Below are positions 37,557 to 46,594 of a stretch of 64,000 nucleotides of DNA, one piece after another (positions within the stretch are counted from its first letter, which is position 1; every line of letters starts with the position of its first letter). The DNA lies in contig CAYXZQ010000002.1 of NCBI GenBank assembly GCA_964469935.1, forward strand, positions 319 through 64,318, read 5' to 3'. The notes beneath the pieces are model-generated. The model saw only the letters and a program-made list of their open reading frames with translations, was not told the origin of the DNA and searched no databases. This DNA comes from an uncultured Methanosarcinales archaeon (lineage in GTDB: Archaea > Nanobdellota > Nanobdellia > Woesearchaeales > DSVV01). A program made the translations under genes and the position numbers.

Positions 37557-39473
37557 ATGGCAGACCCCGAGCTTGAGAACCTCAAAAAACAGATACTCGA
37601 ATATAACCCGAAGGCCGACATTGCGCTTGTCGAGAAGGCGTACAAGTACGCGAAGATAGCCCACGAGGGCCAGGTGAGGGAGTCAGGCGAGCCTTATTTC
37701 AACCATCCCATCGGGATTGCTAGGATACTCATAGGGCTCAAGGTTCAGTCGACGACGATATGCGGCGCGCTTCTCCATGACGTCGTCGAGGAATCGAAGG
37801 TCAGCCTCAAGAAGGTGAAGGACGAATTCGGCCCCGAGATAGCCTCTCTCGTTGAGGGCGTCACGAAGATAGACAAGGTCCATTTCGAGAGCAAGCAGGA
37901 CTACACAGCAGAGAATCTCAGGAAGGTGCTGCTCGCGACTGCAAAGGACATAAGGATAATGCTCATAAAGCTTGCCGACAGGCTGCACAACATGCGGACC
38001 CTTAAATCCCTGAGGGAGGACAAGCAGAAGAGGATTGCAGAGGAGACCCTGAACATATATGCGCCCATAGCCCATAAGCTTGGCGTCTGGCACATAAAAG
38101 GAGAGCTTGAGGACCTCTCGCTCCGGTACCTTGACCCCGAGGCGTACCAGATGCTCAGGGACAGGATAAACGAGAAGCGCGAAGAGCGCGAAAAGAAGAC
38201 AAAGGAGTTCATAAGGACCATAAAGAAGAAGCTCAGGGCCCATGACATCGAGGCAGAGGTCAACGGCAGGGCCAAGTACTTCTACAGCATATACAAGAAG
38301 ATGAAGAAGAAGAACGTGGACTTCAGCGAGATATACGACCTGATTGCCATAAGGATAATAACAAAGAGCATCCCTGACTGCTATGCCGCCCTGGGCATAC
38401 TCCACGACACCTGGAAGCCCATTCCCAAGAAATTCAAGGACTACATAGCCACCCCCAAGGCGAACGGCTACCAGAGCCTGCACACAGCGCTTGTCGGGAG
38501 CCACGGCAAGATACTCGAGGTGCAGATAAGGACAGAGGAGATGCACCAGATCGCAGAGGATGGAATCGCGGCTCACTGGAGGTACAAGGGCACAGAGAGG
38601 GACAAGCAGTTCGACAGGAAGATATCATGGATAAAGCAGGTGCTCGACTGGAGGCAGTCGGCAAAGGATGCAGAGGATTTCATGGAGACCCTCAAGATTG
38701 ACCTCTTCGAGAAGGAGATAATAGTATTCACGCCCAAGGGCGACCCGATATCCCTGCCGGAGCACTCGACTCCCGTGGATTTCGCATATGAGATTCATAC
38801 GAACATCGGCAACCACTGCTCAAAGGCGCTGGTGAACGAGAAGCTGGTCACGCTTGACACAGAGCTCATGCCAGGCGATGTCATCGAGATAGTTACGATG
38901 AAGAATGCAAAGCCATCGAGGCAGTGGCTCAAGTTCGTCAAGACCAGCAAGGCCAAGGGCAAGATAAGGGCCATACTGAACATCGAGAAGGAGCATGACC
39001 CGAAGACCAGGAAGGAGGAGGAGCTCCCTGAAAATCGGGCGAAGATGATAGATATCATCGGCAAGGACGTGCCGATAAAGATATCCAAATGCTGCGATCC
39101 CAGGCCGTATGATTATATCGAGGGATTTTATACAAAAGACGGGAAGATAACTGTCCACAAGAAAGGCTGTCCCAATGTCCATTCCCTTGACCAGAACAAG
39201 AAGGCTGTCGTTCACTGGAAAAAGGAATCAGGGGACAGGTTCAAGGAATTCAAGATCATTGCTCAGGATAGGGTGGGGATGATAGCTGAAATACTCAACT
39301 TCCTCGTCGCCTTAAAGCTCAATGTGGAGAAGCTCAACACCAGCACGACAAAGCATGGCAGGTTCATGCTGAACCTGGGAGTCTCTTTGGATAAGGAAGA
39401 GACAGTTGCCGAACTCATAGCAAAGCTCAAGGAGATAAAGGGCGTCTTCGATGTCATGGAGTTCAAGGGCTAG
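37557..39473 (+). CDS. Full-length RelA/SpoT homolog with HD hydrolase, (p)ppGpp synthetase, TGS and ACT domains.
   Basis: HD domain: 'HEGQVRESGEPYFNHPIGIA...LLHDVVE'. Synthetase: 'FYSIYKKM...DLIAIRII...DCYAALGILHDTWKPIPKKFKDYIATPKANGYQSLHT...EVQIRTEEMH...AAHWRYK'. TGS: 'IIVFTPKGDPISLPEHSTPVDFAYEIHT'. There is a C-terminal ACT-like 'IIAQDRVGMIAEI'. Start MADPELENL. Confidence 0.8.
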   Translation: MADPELENLKKQILEYNPKADIALVEKAYKYAKIAHEGQVRESGEPYFNHPIGIARILIGLKVQSTTICGALLHDVVEESKVSLKKVKDEFGPEIASLVEGVTKIDKVHFESKQDYTAENLRKVLLATAKDIRIMLIKLADRLHNMRTLKSLREDKQKRIAEETLNIYAPIAHKLGVWHIKGELEDLSLRYLDPEAYQMLRDRINEKREEREKKTKEFIRTIKKKLRAHDIEAEVNGRAKYFYSIYKKMKKKNVDFSEIYDLIAIRIITKSIPDCYAALGILHDTWKPIPKKFKDYIATPKANGYQSLHTALVGSHGKILEVQIRTEEMHQIAEDGIAAHWRYKGTERDKQFDRKISWIKQVLDWRQSAKDAEDFMETLKIDLFEKEIIVFTPKGDPISLPEHSTPVDFAYEIHTNIGNHCSKALVNEKLVTLDTELMPGDVIEIVTMKNAKPSRQWLKFVKTSKAKGKIRAILNIEKEHDPKTRKEEELPENRAKMIDIIGKDVPIKISKCCDPRPYDYIEGFYTKDGKITVHKKGCPNVHSLDQNKKAVVHWKKESGDRFKEFKIIAQDRVGMIAEILNFLVALKLNVEKLNTSTTKHGRFMLNLGVSLDKEETVAELIAKLKEIKGVFDVMEFKG

Positions 39474-40504
39474 ATAAGCCTTCTTGCAAGCAGGAGCAGG
39501 CTAGGGTGCCTCAGGACAAGCCTTGGCAGGAGCTTTGCAGCCTCATCCCTGCCGTACCTGGAAAAAGCTGTCTTCTCGTCCTTGAGGACCCTTACAAGCC
39601 TGTCATAATCCTTGTCGCTGAACCTGCTGAGCACCTTTCTTATCAGGAGATGCGCGTGCAGCTCTTTGCCTGCTGCCCTGCGCCATCGCTTCTCGTAGTC
39701 CTGCCTGCTGATTATCGAGCCTGCAAGGGCGTGGGCGCATGCTAGGCCCGGGACGATTCCGCCGCCTGTCGATGCCTTTACCTGTCCTGCAGCATCCCCT
39801 ACTATGTAGATGTTTCCCTTCTGTGTCGTCAGTTTCGGGTCATATAGAGGTATCATCCCGGCCTGATAGCCTTCGATCTTCCTGATTTTTAGTCTTTTGA
39901 CGAGTTTCTGAAAAAGAGGCCCGGTATTCCTGTACGATGCGCATCCTATCCTTGCAGTGCTGCTGTCCTCCGGCACTACCCAGGCGAAGAAATCCGGTGC
40001 AACGCTTCCGACATACGCCTTGAAAACCCCTGGCTCGAACTCGCCTCTTACAGTAGCCTGCTTGCCTACCAGAAACGCGGTCTTTTTCCCCGGGTTGAGC
40101 ATGACCCTGACGAAGCTGCCCGGGCCGTCTGCGCCGATGGTTATGCTTCTCGGGTCTATCCTGCTGACCCTCCTGCCGAGAAATATCCTAGCACCCGCAT
40201 CCCTTGCCAAGTCAGCCAGGCTCCTGTCAAAGGCCGCACGGTCGATCACTATGTCATCCACAGGGAGCACGGCTCTCTCATTCGCTGAAATTATCTCGGC
40301 CTTCCTTATCCTGTTCACTGCCACACCTTTTTTTAAGCCAGCATATCTCGTGATGCCTGATGTGACTATGCCTGTGCACTGCACAGGAGACCCTATCTCC
40401 CTATGCTCCTCGTACACCCTGACCCTCTTTCCTGCCTTTGCGAGGGCTTCAGCAGCATAGAGCCCTGCAGGACCGGCGCCTATTATGTTTATCATAGTAA
40501 TCAT
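39470..40504 (-). CDS. Geranylgeranyl reductase family FAD-dependent oxidoreductase.
   Basis: 'IIGAGPAGLYAAEALAKAGKRVRVYEE' (FAD GxGxxG). 'CTGIVTS' matches the GGR family. It is 344 aa. Confidence 0.65.
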   Translation of the reverse strand: MITMINIIGAGPAGLYAAEALAKAGKRVRVYEEHREIGSPVQCTGIVTSGITRYAGLKKGVAVNRIRKAEIISANERAVLPVDDIVIDRAAFDRSLADLARDAGARIFLGRRVSRIDPRSITIGADGPGSFVRVMLNPGKKTAFLVGKQATVRGEFEPGVFKAYVGSVAPDFFAWVVPEDSSTARIGCASYRNTGPLFQKLVKRLKIRKIEGYQAGMIPLYDPKLTTQKGNIYIVGDAAGQVKASTGGGIVPGLACAHALAGSIISRQDYEKRWRRAAGKELHAHLLIRKVLSRFSDKDYDRLVRVLKDEKTAFSRYGRDEAAKLLPRLVLRHPSLLLLARRLI

Positions 40505-40694
40505 GAGGAAACTTGAAATTTATAAAATATGATGCATTTTCTGCATTATTGTCCGCCACCTCCAACCCTTTTGAGAATGGAGAATAAGTAACTACTGCAA
40601 AACAGTAACTAAATCGAAAGATTTATATATGTAATGTACTTACTTTTGATGATTTTGGTGTATAATCTTAAAAATATCAGGGGGTAAATGGAAA

Positions 40695-42005
40695 ATGAAG
40701 TATGTGAAACTGATAATCGTGATGGCACTGGTATTCACTTTGACAGCAGTGAGCCTGGCAAGCGCTTTGCCGGTTACTATTGACAAGGTCAAGATCGACG
40801 GCGATACAATACTGCCGACCAGCGCTGATTTCACCAGGTCTCTTGACAGGGACAATTCTTTCGACATCAAGGTCGAGGTGACGGCCCAGCAGGATGTGAA
40901 GGATGCCCAGATAGAGGTCTATCTCAGGGGCTACGACCATCCGGACCTGATCCAGGACATATCGGATGTATTCAATATGAAGGCCAACAGGACATATGTC
41001 AAGACCTTCACGCTGACATTCCCATACAAGCTGGACAAGGACCAGTACAAGCTGAGGGTAAGGGTCGAGAACCGCGACGGCGACTCTACTGAGCAGAATT
41101 ACGAGCTCGGCATAGAATCCGAGAGGCATGACATGATAATCAAGGACGTCCTGTTCTCACCATCCGATTCTGTCGAGGCAGGCAGGTCTCTTCTGACATC
41201 GATAAGGCTTGAGAACACTGGCATGACTGACCCAGAAGAGGGTGTGAAAGTCATGATAAAAATCCCGTCTCTGGGCATCTCAGCAGCCGACTACATCGAC
41301 AAGATAGATGAGGATGAGTCGACGACCTCTGAAGAGCTCTATCTCAGGATTCCCGAGTGCACAAAACCAGGGACCTATGACGCTGTCATAACTGCGACAT
41401 ACCATGATGGGGACAAGACCGCTTCAGTGGATAAGCAGGTGAAGATTACAGACGGCGATCTCTGCACTTCGGGCCAGCAGCCCACGACTGAGCCTGCAAC
41501 GCCCAAGACCATAATCACGGTCGGGCCGACAGCCCAGGATGTAACCCAGGGCCAGGGCGGAGTCATATACCCGCTTACGATATCCAATGCAGGGACAGCA
41601 GCAAAGACCTATGTGATAACCGCTGAGGGCTATGCTGACTGGGCTGACGTGAGCATGAACCCGGCAAACATCGTCGTGCTTCAGCCGGGAGAGGCAAAAG
41701 TGCTATATGTCTACCTCTCCGCGCATCAGGATGCTTCAGTAGGCCAGCATATGTTCATGATAAGTGTCGCTTCAGGCACAGAGACCCTCAAGCAGTTCTC
41801 GCTGACAGCAAATGTTGTACAGGGACAGCAGCAGACTACGACGACCACGACAGATCTCGGCGGCATCAAGAAGGTGCTTGAGATAGGTCTCGTGGTGCTT
41901 GTTGTGCTTCTGGTCATACTGGGACTGATAATCGGTTTCAGCAGGCTCAGGGGAAGCGACGAGGACATTGAGGACGACGAAGGCAAAAGTGAGACATATT
42001 ATTGA
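40695..42005 (+). CDS. Secreted surface protein with a signal peptide, CARDB/Ig-like repeats, a Thr-rich stalk and a C-terminal TM anchor.
   Basis: N-terminal 'MKYVKLIIVMALVFTLTAVSLASA'. Thr-run 'QQQTTTTTTD'. C-terminal hydrophobic 'VLEIGLVVLVVLLVILGLIIGF' followed by an acidic tail. Confidence 0.55.
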   Translation: MKYVKLIIVMALVFTLTAVSLASALPVTIDKVKIDGDTILPTSADFTRSLDRDNSFDIKVEVTAQQDVKDAQIEVYLRGYDHPDLIQDISDVFNMKANRTYVKTFTLTFPYKLDKDQYKLRVRVENRDGDSTEQNYELGIESERHDMIIKDVLFSPSDSVEAGRSLLTSIRLENTGMTDPEEGVKVMIKIPSLGISAADYIDKIDEDESTTSEELYLRIPECTKPGTYDAVITATYHDGDKTASVDKQVKITDGDLCTSGQQPTTEPATPKTIITVGPTAQDVTQGQGGVIYPLTISNAGTAAKTYVITAEGYADWADVSMNPANIVVLQPGEAKVLYVYLSAHQDASVGQHMFMISVASGTETLKQFSLTANVVQGQQQTTTTTTDLGGIKKVLEIGLVVLVVLLVILGLIIGFSRLRGSDEDIEDDEGKSETYY

Positions 42006-44218
42006 TTTTTTTCATTTACTTTCTCTTTGTCTTTAGTTTCTTGTACTGGAGCCCGGTGTCGCAGATGAGCCTTAAGAAAAGATACGCCTCGTTGATATTC
42101 TCATTGATATTGATTCTTGTATTCTTCTCAGCAGTTTCAGTTGCGACAGCTGGGGACTTCACCGCTTCGTCGAACCATGGGAGAATCACGCTCTGCAGGG
42201 GCGACATGTACCAGGACACTGTCACTGTCACCAGCACGGACCAGGCACCTGGGGCTTTTTCAGTATCGCCCTCCGAGAATTGGGCGCAGGTCGTCCCCCA
42301 GGGTTTCATCCTCGGGCCGGCAGGTGCGCAGGATGTTGTAGATTTCATCAGGCCCCCTCTGCAGGCAGGAACATATGAGCTCAGGACGACCATATCGTCC
42401 GGGACAGTAACAAAGGTCCTGACGCAGACAATAGAGGTCAGGGACTGCGAGAACACGAAGGTCCAGGTATTCCAGCAGGAAGCCACGATCTGCCCGTGCA
42501 CTCCCGCGCTGTACATATTCAACATAACCAATACAGGGACCTTCACCGATACCTATGACCTGGGCATCGATGCTGAACCGACATTCTACACCCTGAGCGA
42601 GAATCCGGTCGTCGTCAGACCCGGCAGGTCCAGGGCGGTCTATGCGTATTTCAACTTTCCCTGCAGCCAGTACGGCAGGGCGAGCATGCATTTCATCACA
42701 GAGGCAAGGCTTTCGGGCGAGAGGACAGAGACCGGCTTTAATATCGACATCAGTAGGGGATGTTACGATTACAGCCTGGATGCAGGGGATGCGTTAAATC
42801 TCAGCACAAACAAGACTTCGGCCAAGTTCGTCCCCTCTGCAAATGCAAAGTACAGCCTCTGTTACGGGACTGATTACGAGATACCTGTCAGGGTCAGGAA
42901 CACCGCGAATGTTAGCAACATATTCAGGTTGTCATCAGACCTCACGATCGACGGGAATAAAATGGAGATGCCTTCAGGGACGACTGCATACACGTATGTC
43001 CTTGTCCAGGGCATGGAGCCCGGATTCTATAACCGTATGATTAATTCAGTGTCCCTCAGGGGCAATATCGTCAAGAGCCTGCCCTTGGCGATAAACATAA
43101 GCCCGTGCGGGAATGCCAGCCTGTTGCAAGGACCCTCTGCGCAGTTCAGCGGGCTGAGAATAGCACTCTTTGTGCTTCTTGCTGTTTTGATTGTGCTTAT
43201 TGTCCTGTTTGCATTGATCTTCCCCAGGGCGAAGAGATGGCTCTGGAAAAGGGAGCAGAAAAGGCTGGCAGATGAAGGGTTGCAAGGCAGGGCAAGAAAG
43301 TTCCTTGCCGTGCATAAGAGACCGGTGACCGCCGTCATTGTCATACTGCTCCTTGTCCTTGTCACGATCGCTTCATATTACCTGCTGAGAAACCTGGGAA
43401 TAGACATGGTCGGGCTGGAATGGGGCATTCTAGGATCGATGTTCGCATTCGCTTCGCAGCATATGCTGTATGTGATTCTTGATATCGTGCTCCTTGCGAT
43501 AATCATCGCCTGCATCCTCTGGTTGCCGAAGCTGCTTGCCATGATGCAGAGAAGATGGAAGGAGAAGAGAGAAAGGGCGGACATCGTCCTTGAGAAGTAT
43601 CCGAAGGAGAGAAGCAGCAGCATGTGGATGTTTGTCGTTGTAATTGTCGTTGTGGTCTTCTTCCTATTGTCCTCGCTATGCTTCTTCACGACAGTCTGCA
43701 AAAATGCCGGCCTGAACATAGAGATAACGCATCCCGCGAACACGACCAACCAGACCCAGCTCAATGAGACTGCTGGTTATATCGTCGAGAATTCCACTGT
43801 CTACATATGGAACAAGAATACTGTAAAGGAGATTGACCTGTCAAGATACATAATCAACCAGGACAATGTTACGCTCCAGTACATATTCACCCCTGTAGAG
43901 AACATGACCGTGCAGATATCCGATCAGGGAATCGTGACACTTACTCCCGACAGGGGCTGGTTCGGCCACAGGGTGATGAACTTCATAATCGACGACGGAA
44001 GGGGGAACAGGGTGATAAGCCCTGATATAGACCTGTACGTTCTCGACGTCAATAGGACCTTTGCAGACCGGCTCACTGATTTCCTCGCTGTATATGTCAA
44101 TTACATCATAATCGGGCTCCTTTTCATTGTCATCGTCGTCATACTTCTGATATTGTTCACCAAGAAGCCGGGCAGGAAGAAAAGGATCCTCGTCAGGCGA
44201 AAGGGCCGGGACAGCTGA
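42002..44218 (+). CDS. Large polytopic surface/membrane protein (738 aa) with Cys-containing extracellular segments and many N-x-S/T sequons.
   Basis: N-terminal TM, then a roughly 330-aa extracellular region, then several TM helices, a second sequon-dense extracellular region ('NTTNQTQLNETAGYIVENSTVY') and a final TM. It overlaps the previous gene by 4 nt. Confidence 0.45.
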   Translation: MIFFIYFLFVFSFLYWSPVSQMSLKKRYASLIFSLILILVFFSAVSVATAGDFTASSNHGRITLCRGDMYQDTVTVTSTDQAPGAFSVSPSENWAQVVPQGFILGPAGAQDVVDFIRPPLQAGTYELRTTISSGTVTKVLTQTIEVRDCENTKVQVFQQEATICPCTPALYIFNITNTGTFTDTYDLGIDAEPTFYTLSENPVVVRPGRSRAVYAYFNFPCSQYGRASMHFITEARLSGERTETGFNIDISRGCYDYSLDAGDALNLSTNKTSAKFVPSANAKYSLCYGTDYEIPVRVRNTANVSNIFRLSSDLTIDGNKMEMPSGTTAYTYVLVQGMEPGFYNRMINSVSLRGNIVKSLPLAINISPCGNASLLQGPSAQFSGLRIALFVLLAVLIVLIVLFALIFPRAKRWLWKREQKRLADEGLQGRARKFLAVHKRPVTAVIVILLLVLVTIASYYLLRNLGIDMVGLEWGILGSMFAFASQHMLYVILDIVLLAIIIACILWLPKLLAMMQRRWKEKRERADIVLEKYPKERSSSMWMFVVVIVVVVFFLLSSLCFFTTVCKNAGLNIEITHPANTTNQTQLNETAGYIVENSTVYIWNKNTVKEIDLSRYIINQDNVTLQYIFTPVENMTVQISDQGIVTLTPDRGWFGHRVMNFIIDDGRGNRVISPDIDLYVLDVNRTFADRLTDFLAVYVNYIIIGLLFIVIVVILLILFTKKPGRKKRILVRRKGRDS

Positions 44219-44277
44219 AAAGCTTAAAGGGAAAAATTAATAAGGAGACAGCCAGTTCTGGATTTTTAGCCGTTTTT

Positions 44278-44427
44278 GGGGGCGTAGTTTAACCTGGCTA
44301 GAATAACTGGCTCCAGTGCTCTGGAGCGATGAGGGGAAGCGATTTCCCGATGACTTTAGGTCTGGTATGGCTCTTTTTTAAGGGCGAGAGATACCAGTTG
44401 ATCTGGGTTCAAATCCCAGCGTCCCCA
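44278..44427 (+). tRNA. tRNA-Trp (anticodon CCA) interrupted by a ~76-nt intron at the canonical 37/38 position (about 44317-44392).
   Basis: Acceptor GGGGGCG pairs with CGUCCCC (one G-U pair). U8 is present. D-arm GUUU/AACCUGGCUA/GAAU. Anticodon stem ACUGG/CCAGU. The anticodon loop C-U-C-C-A-G|intron|A is the canonical tRNA-Trp loop CUCCAGA. The T-arm is CUGGG-UUCAAAU-CCCAG and the discriminator is A. Confidence 0.6.
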
Positions 44428-44510
44428 TTTCACTTCGTTCAATGGGTCCCCGGGATTTGAAATACTCAAAAATCAAAGATTTTTGGCACCGCTCGAGCAA
44501 GCTCTCGTGG

Positions 44511-44526
44511 AATCCCAGCGTCCCCA
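44511..44526 (+). repeat. Exact 16-nt direct repeat of the tRNA-Trp 3' end ('aatcccagcgtcccca'), 84 nt downstream of the gene. Between the two copies lies an inverted tRNA-3'-like fragment at 44444-44461. Possible att-site remnant.
   Basis: 44412-44427 and 44511-44526 are identical. 44444-44461 'gggtccccgggatttgaa' is the reverse complement of a T-loop/acceptor-like 'ttcaaatcccggggaccc'. Confidence 0.5.
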
Positions 44527-44576
44527 CTCATTTCATTCTATCTATAAAATGCATATCCAATAATTTTCAAATAATT

Positions 44577-46508
44577 CTAGAATCCGGGCGGTGAGTTGCC
44601 GTCGTCGCGTTTTTGAGGGGCCTGGGGCATCCTTTGCTGGAGTTTCCTGTGTATCCTGCTGGTTATGACCAGGTTGGAGATGTTGACGACGATGAGGAAC
44701 AGTATGACTGCAAGGTATATTATCTCGTTCGAATGGCTTCTTATGCCCGATATTATGGTTATGATGGGCGATGTGAATGCGCCGTCGACCTTGAGCGGGT
44801 CTAAACCCACGATGTATAGGTCAGTGACCCTGTATGGGCCTGTGCCGTTGACCTTGTACGAGAGGTCCCAGCTGTAGTTTGCAGGCGCTGTGGCGTCAGG
44901 CCCGAACTTCGGCCCGAGGGACGAGTTCATGGTCCCTTTCCATTGTATGTCCCACCTGTAGGACATGCCGTAATAGTCGCTTCCCGGGCTCCCGACCGAA
45001 AGGTTCGAGCAGCCGCTCCCTCCAAGTGCGCACGAGTAGTAAGATGGTGACATGTTCCAGATTCCGAAGTCGTTCGGGACAAAGTCGTACACAGTCACCT
45101 TCTCGAACTGCGGGGTCCAGCCGTTTCCGATATTCTCGACGTGTATCTTGACCTGGTACTGGTCCTCTCCTATGTTGGTTATGTTCTTGGCGATCTGGAG
45201 CCAGTAGCCGTGGACGACGTAGATGTACTTGAGGTATGTGTCATTGCCGCTGACGCTCATTGTGTAGTTTACGATCTGGCCGGACATGTCGGAAATCAGG
45301 TATTCCGGTTTCATCCAGACGATGGGCGGCGGATACGCCGAGCTTGAGCCGTCTGTGTAGTTGAATGTCCATACGTAGCTGGAGTTCCCCCATGGCTTTG
45401 TTATGTTTATCTCCTGGAGCGGCGAGCCTGTGAAATTTTTTCCCAAGAGCCCCCATAGGGTCCCGGCAGTCGTGTTTGTCGGGTCCTGGTTCTGCGTGAC
45501 CCATAGCGAAACCTTGTTGAGATTATAGGATATGTTCACGGGGACTGTCACCCTCGGCGTGATCTCCCAGGTCACATTATGGTTCTGCTCGTTGTCGCTC
45601 GGCTTGATTATCCGCTTGTCGAAGTCGAAATCGACCTGGGAGCTGGCGTTTATGTCGTCTATCGTCAGGTTCGAGAGCAGGGTGTTGACCACCAGGAATT
45701 CAACCCTCTCTTTGAGGGCAAGGTATGTGGCAGTGAACGGGACGCTCAGCGGAGCGGTCATATTGTACCTGATGCTTGTGTTCCTGTGCCATGCAATCGT
45801 CCCGCCGCTGGGTGCCCACCACCAGGAGACATTGGATGTCCCGTTCCCATGGACATTGGCAAAATCCTTGTATGGATACAGGTTATTGAGATAGAAGCTG
45901 AACTGTGTCGAATTCCATACCACGTCTGCGGCAGTCATCGAGATGTTTATGTTCGTTACGCTTACGTTTATCTGGTTGTCGTTTCTCACAGTCTGGTTGA
46001 TTGTCCATTCATGGCCTGAAAGCACCTTCCTGTCGAAACCGTGCTCGAAATTATAGTAGTTAGTTATGACGTTCACAGGCGGGTCGACGCCCATGCACGA
46101 TATATTGTACCTGAATAATGAATTATCGCCCTGTCTCAGTTCAGGTACAAACAGTATTATCTCTGTTCCTGGCTGGCCTGATGTCTGGTTGCCGAACTTT
46201 GTAGTGTTGTCCCAGGTGAAGTTTGTCGAAAGTCCGCCTGTGTTCCTGAATGACACATGTATGTCATAAATTGTCTCATTGTTCGGGTTTGTGATGTTCA
46301 CTGTTCCAAGGCTGTAGCACGATTTCTGCCATTCAGTGAGCGTGAAGTTCTCTGCAAAGCTTGTCTGCTGGAAGACCTGTTCTGTGATGGAGACATTGAT
46401 GTGAGTGCCGAAATCCGCGCTCACGTTGAAGAAGCACATGATGAAGAAGAGTATGGAGCAAAAGAATAGAACGAGCCTGCCCTTATTCCTCTTTTTTAGG
46501 GGATTCAT
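44577..46508 (-). CDS. S-layer-like surface glycoprotein candidate with a signal peptide, about 34 N-glycosylation sequons and a C-terminal TM anchor with a basic tail.
   Basis: N-terminal 'LVLFFCSILFFIMCFFNVSA'. N-x-S/T motifs counted by eye, for example 'NFTWDNTTKFGNQTSG' and 'NVSVTNINISMT'. C-terminal 'IIYLAVILFLIVVNISNLVI' followed by 'RIHRKLQQR'. A TATA-rich region lies upstream at 46509-46594. Confidence 0.6.
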   Translation of the reverse strand: MNPLKKRNKGRLVLFFCSILFFIMCFFNVSADFGTHINVSITEQVFQQTSFAENFTLTEWQKSCYSLGTVNITNPNNETIYDIHVSFRNTGGLSTNFTWDNTTKFGNQTSGQPGTEIILFVPELRQGDNSLFRYNISCMGVDPPVNVITNYYNFEHGFDRKVLSGHEWTINQTVRNDNQINVSVTNINISMTAADVVWNSTQFSFYLNNLYPYKDFANVHGNGTSNVSWWWAPSGGTIAWHRNTSIRYNMTAPLSVPFTATYLALKERVEFLVVNTLLSNLTIDDINASSQVDFDFDKRIIKPSDNEQNHNVTWEITPRVTVPVNISYNLNKVSLWVTQNQDPTNTTAGTLWGLLGKNFTGSPLQEINITKPWGNSSYVWTFNYTDGSSSAYPPPIVWMKPEYLISDMSGQIVNYTMSVSGNDTYLKYIYVVHGYWLQIAKNITNIGEDQYQVKIHVENIGNGWTPQFEKVTVYDFVPNDFGIWNMSPSYYSCALGGSGCSNLSVGSPGSDYYGMSYRWDIQWKGTMNSSLGPKFGPDATAPANYSWDLSYKVNGTGPYRVTDLYIVGLDPLKVDGAFTSPIITIISGIRSHSNEIIYLAVILFLIVVNISNLVITSRIHRKLQQRMPQAPQKRDDGNSPPGF

Positions 46509-46594
46509 GTTGTCTCTACCAATTTAATATATATATTAATATACTAGGATAACATATATTGTCTAATACCTAGTATATAAATGTTTTGTTTTTT

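Noticed and set aside
44317-44392. Calling the tRNA-Trp intron a bona fide box C/D sRNA.
   Set aside because: GAUGA elements are present, but convincing D and D' boxes (CUGA) and guide complementarity could not be established by eye. This is kept only as a hypothesis in the findings.
44362-44397. An alternative tRNA reading with anticodon stem ctggt/accag, a GGC anticodon (Ala) and a 19-nt intron.
   Set aside because: The 26 nt upstream cannot form an acceptor stem complementary to CGUCCCC, or a D-arm. The Trp(CCA) model with the 5' half at 44278-44316 gives a complete cloverleaf and the canonical CUCCAGA loop.
44441-44527. A possible second tRNA on the minus strand, starting GGGGACG and ending with a TTCAAATCC-like T-loop.
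   Set aside because: Acceptor strands are not complementary and no D-arm or anticodon arm can be formed. It is interpreted as tRNA-derived fragments (an att scar) rather than a gene.
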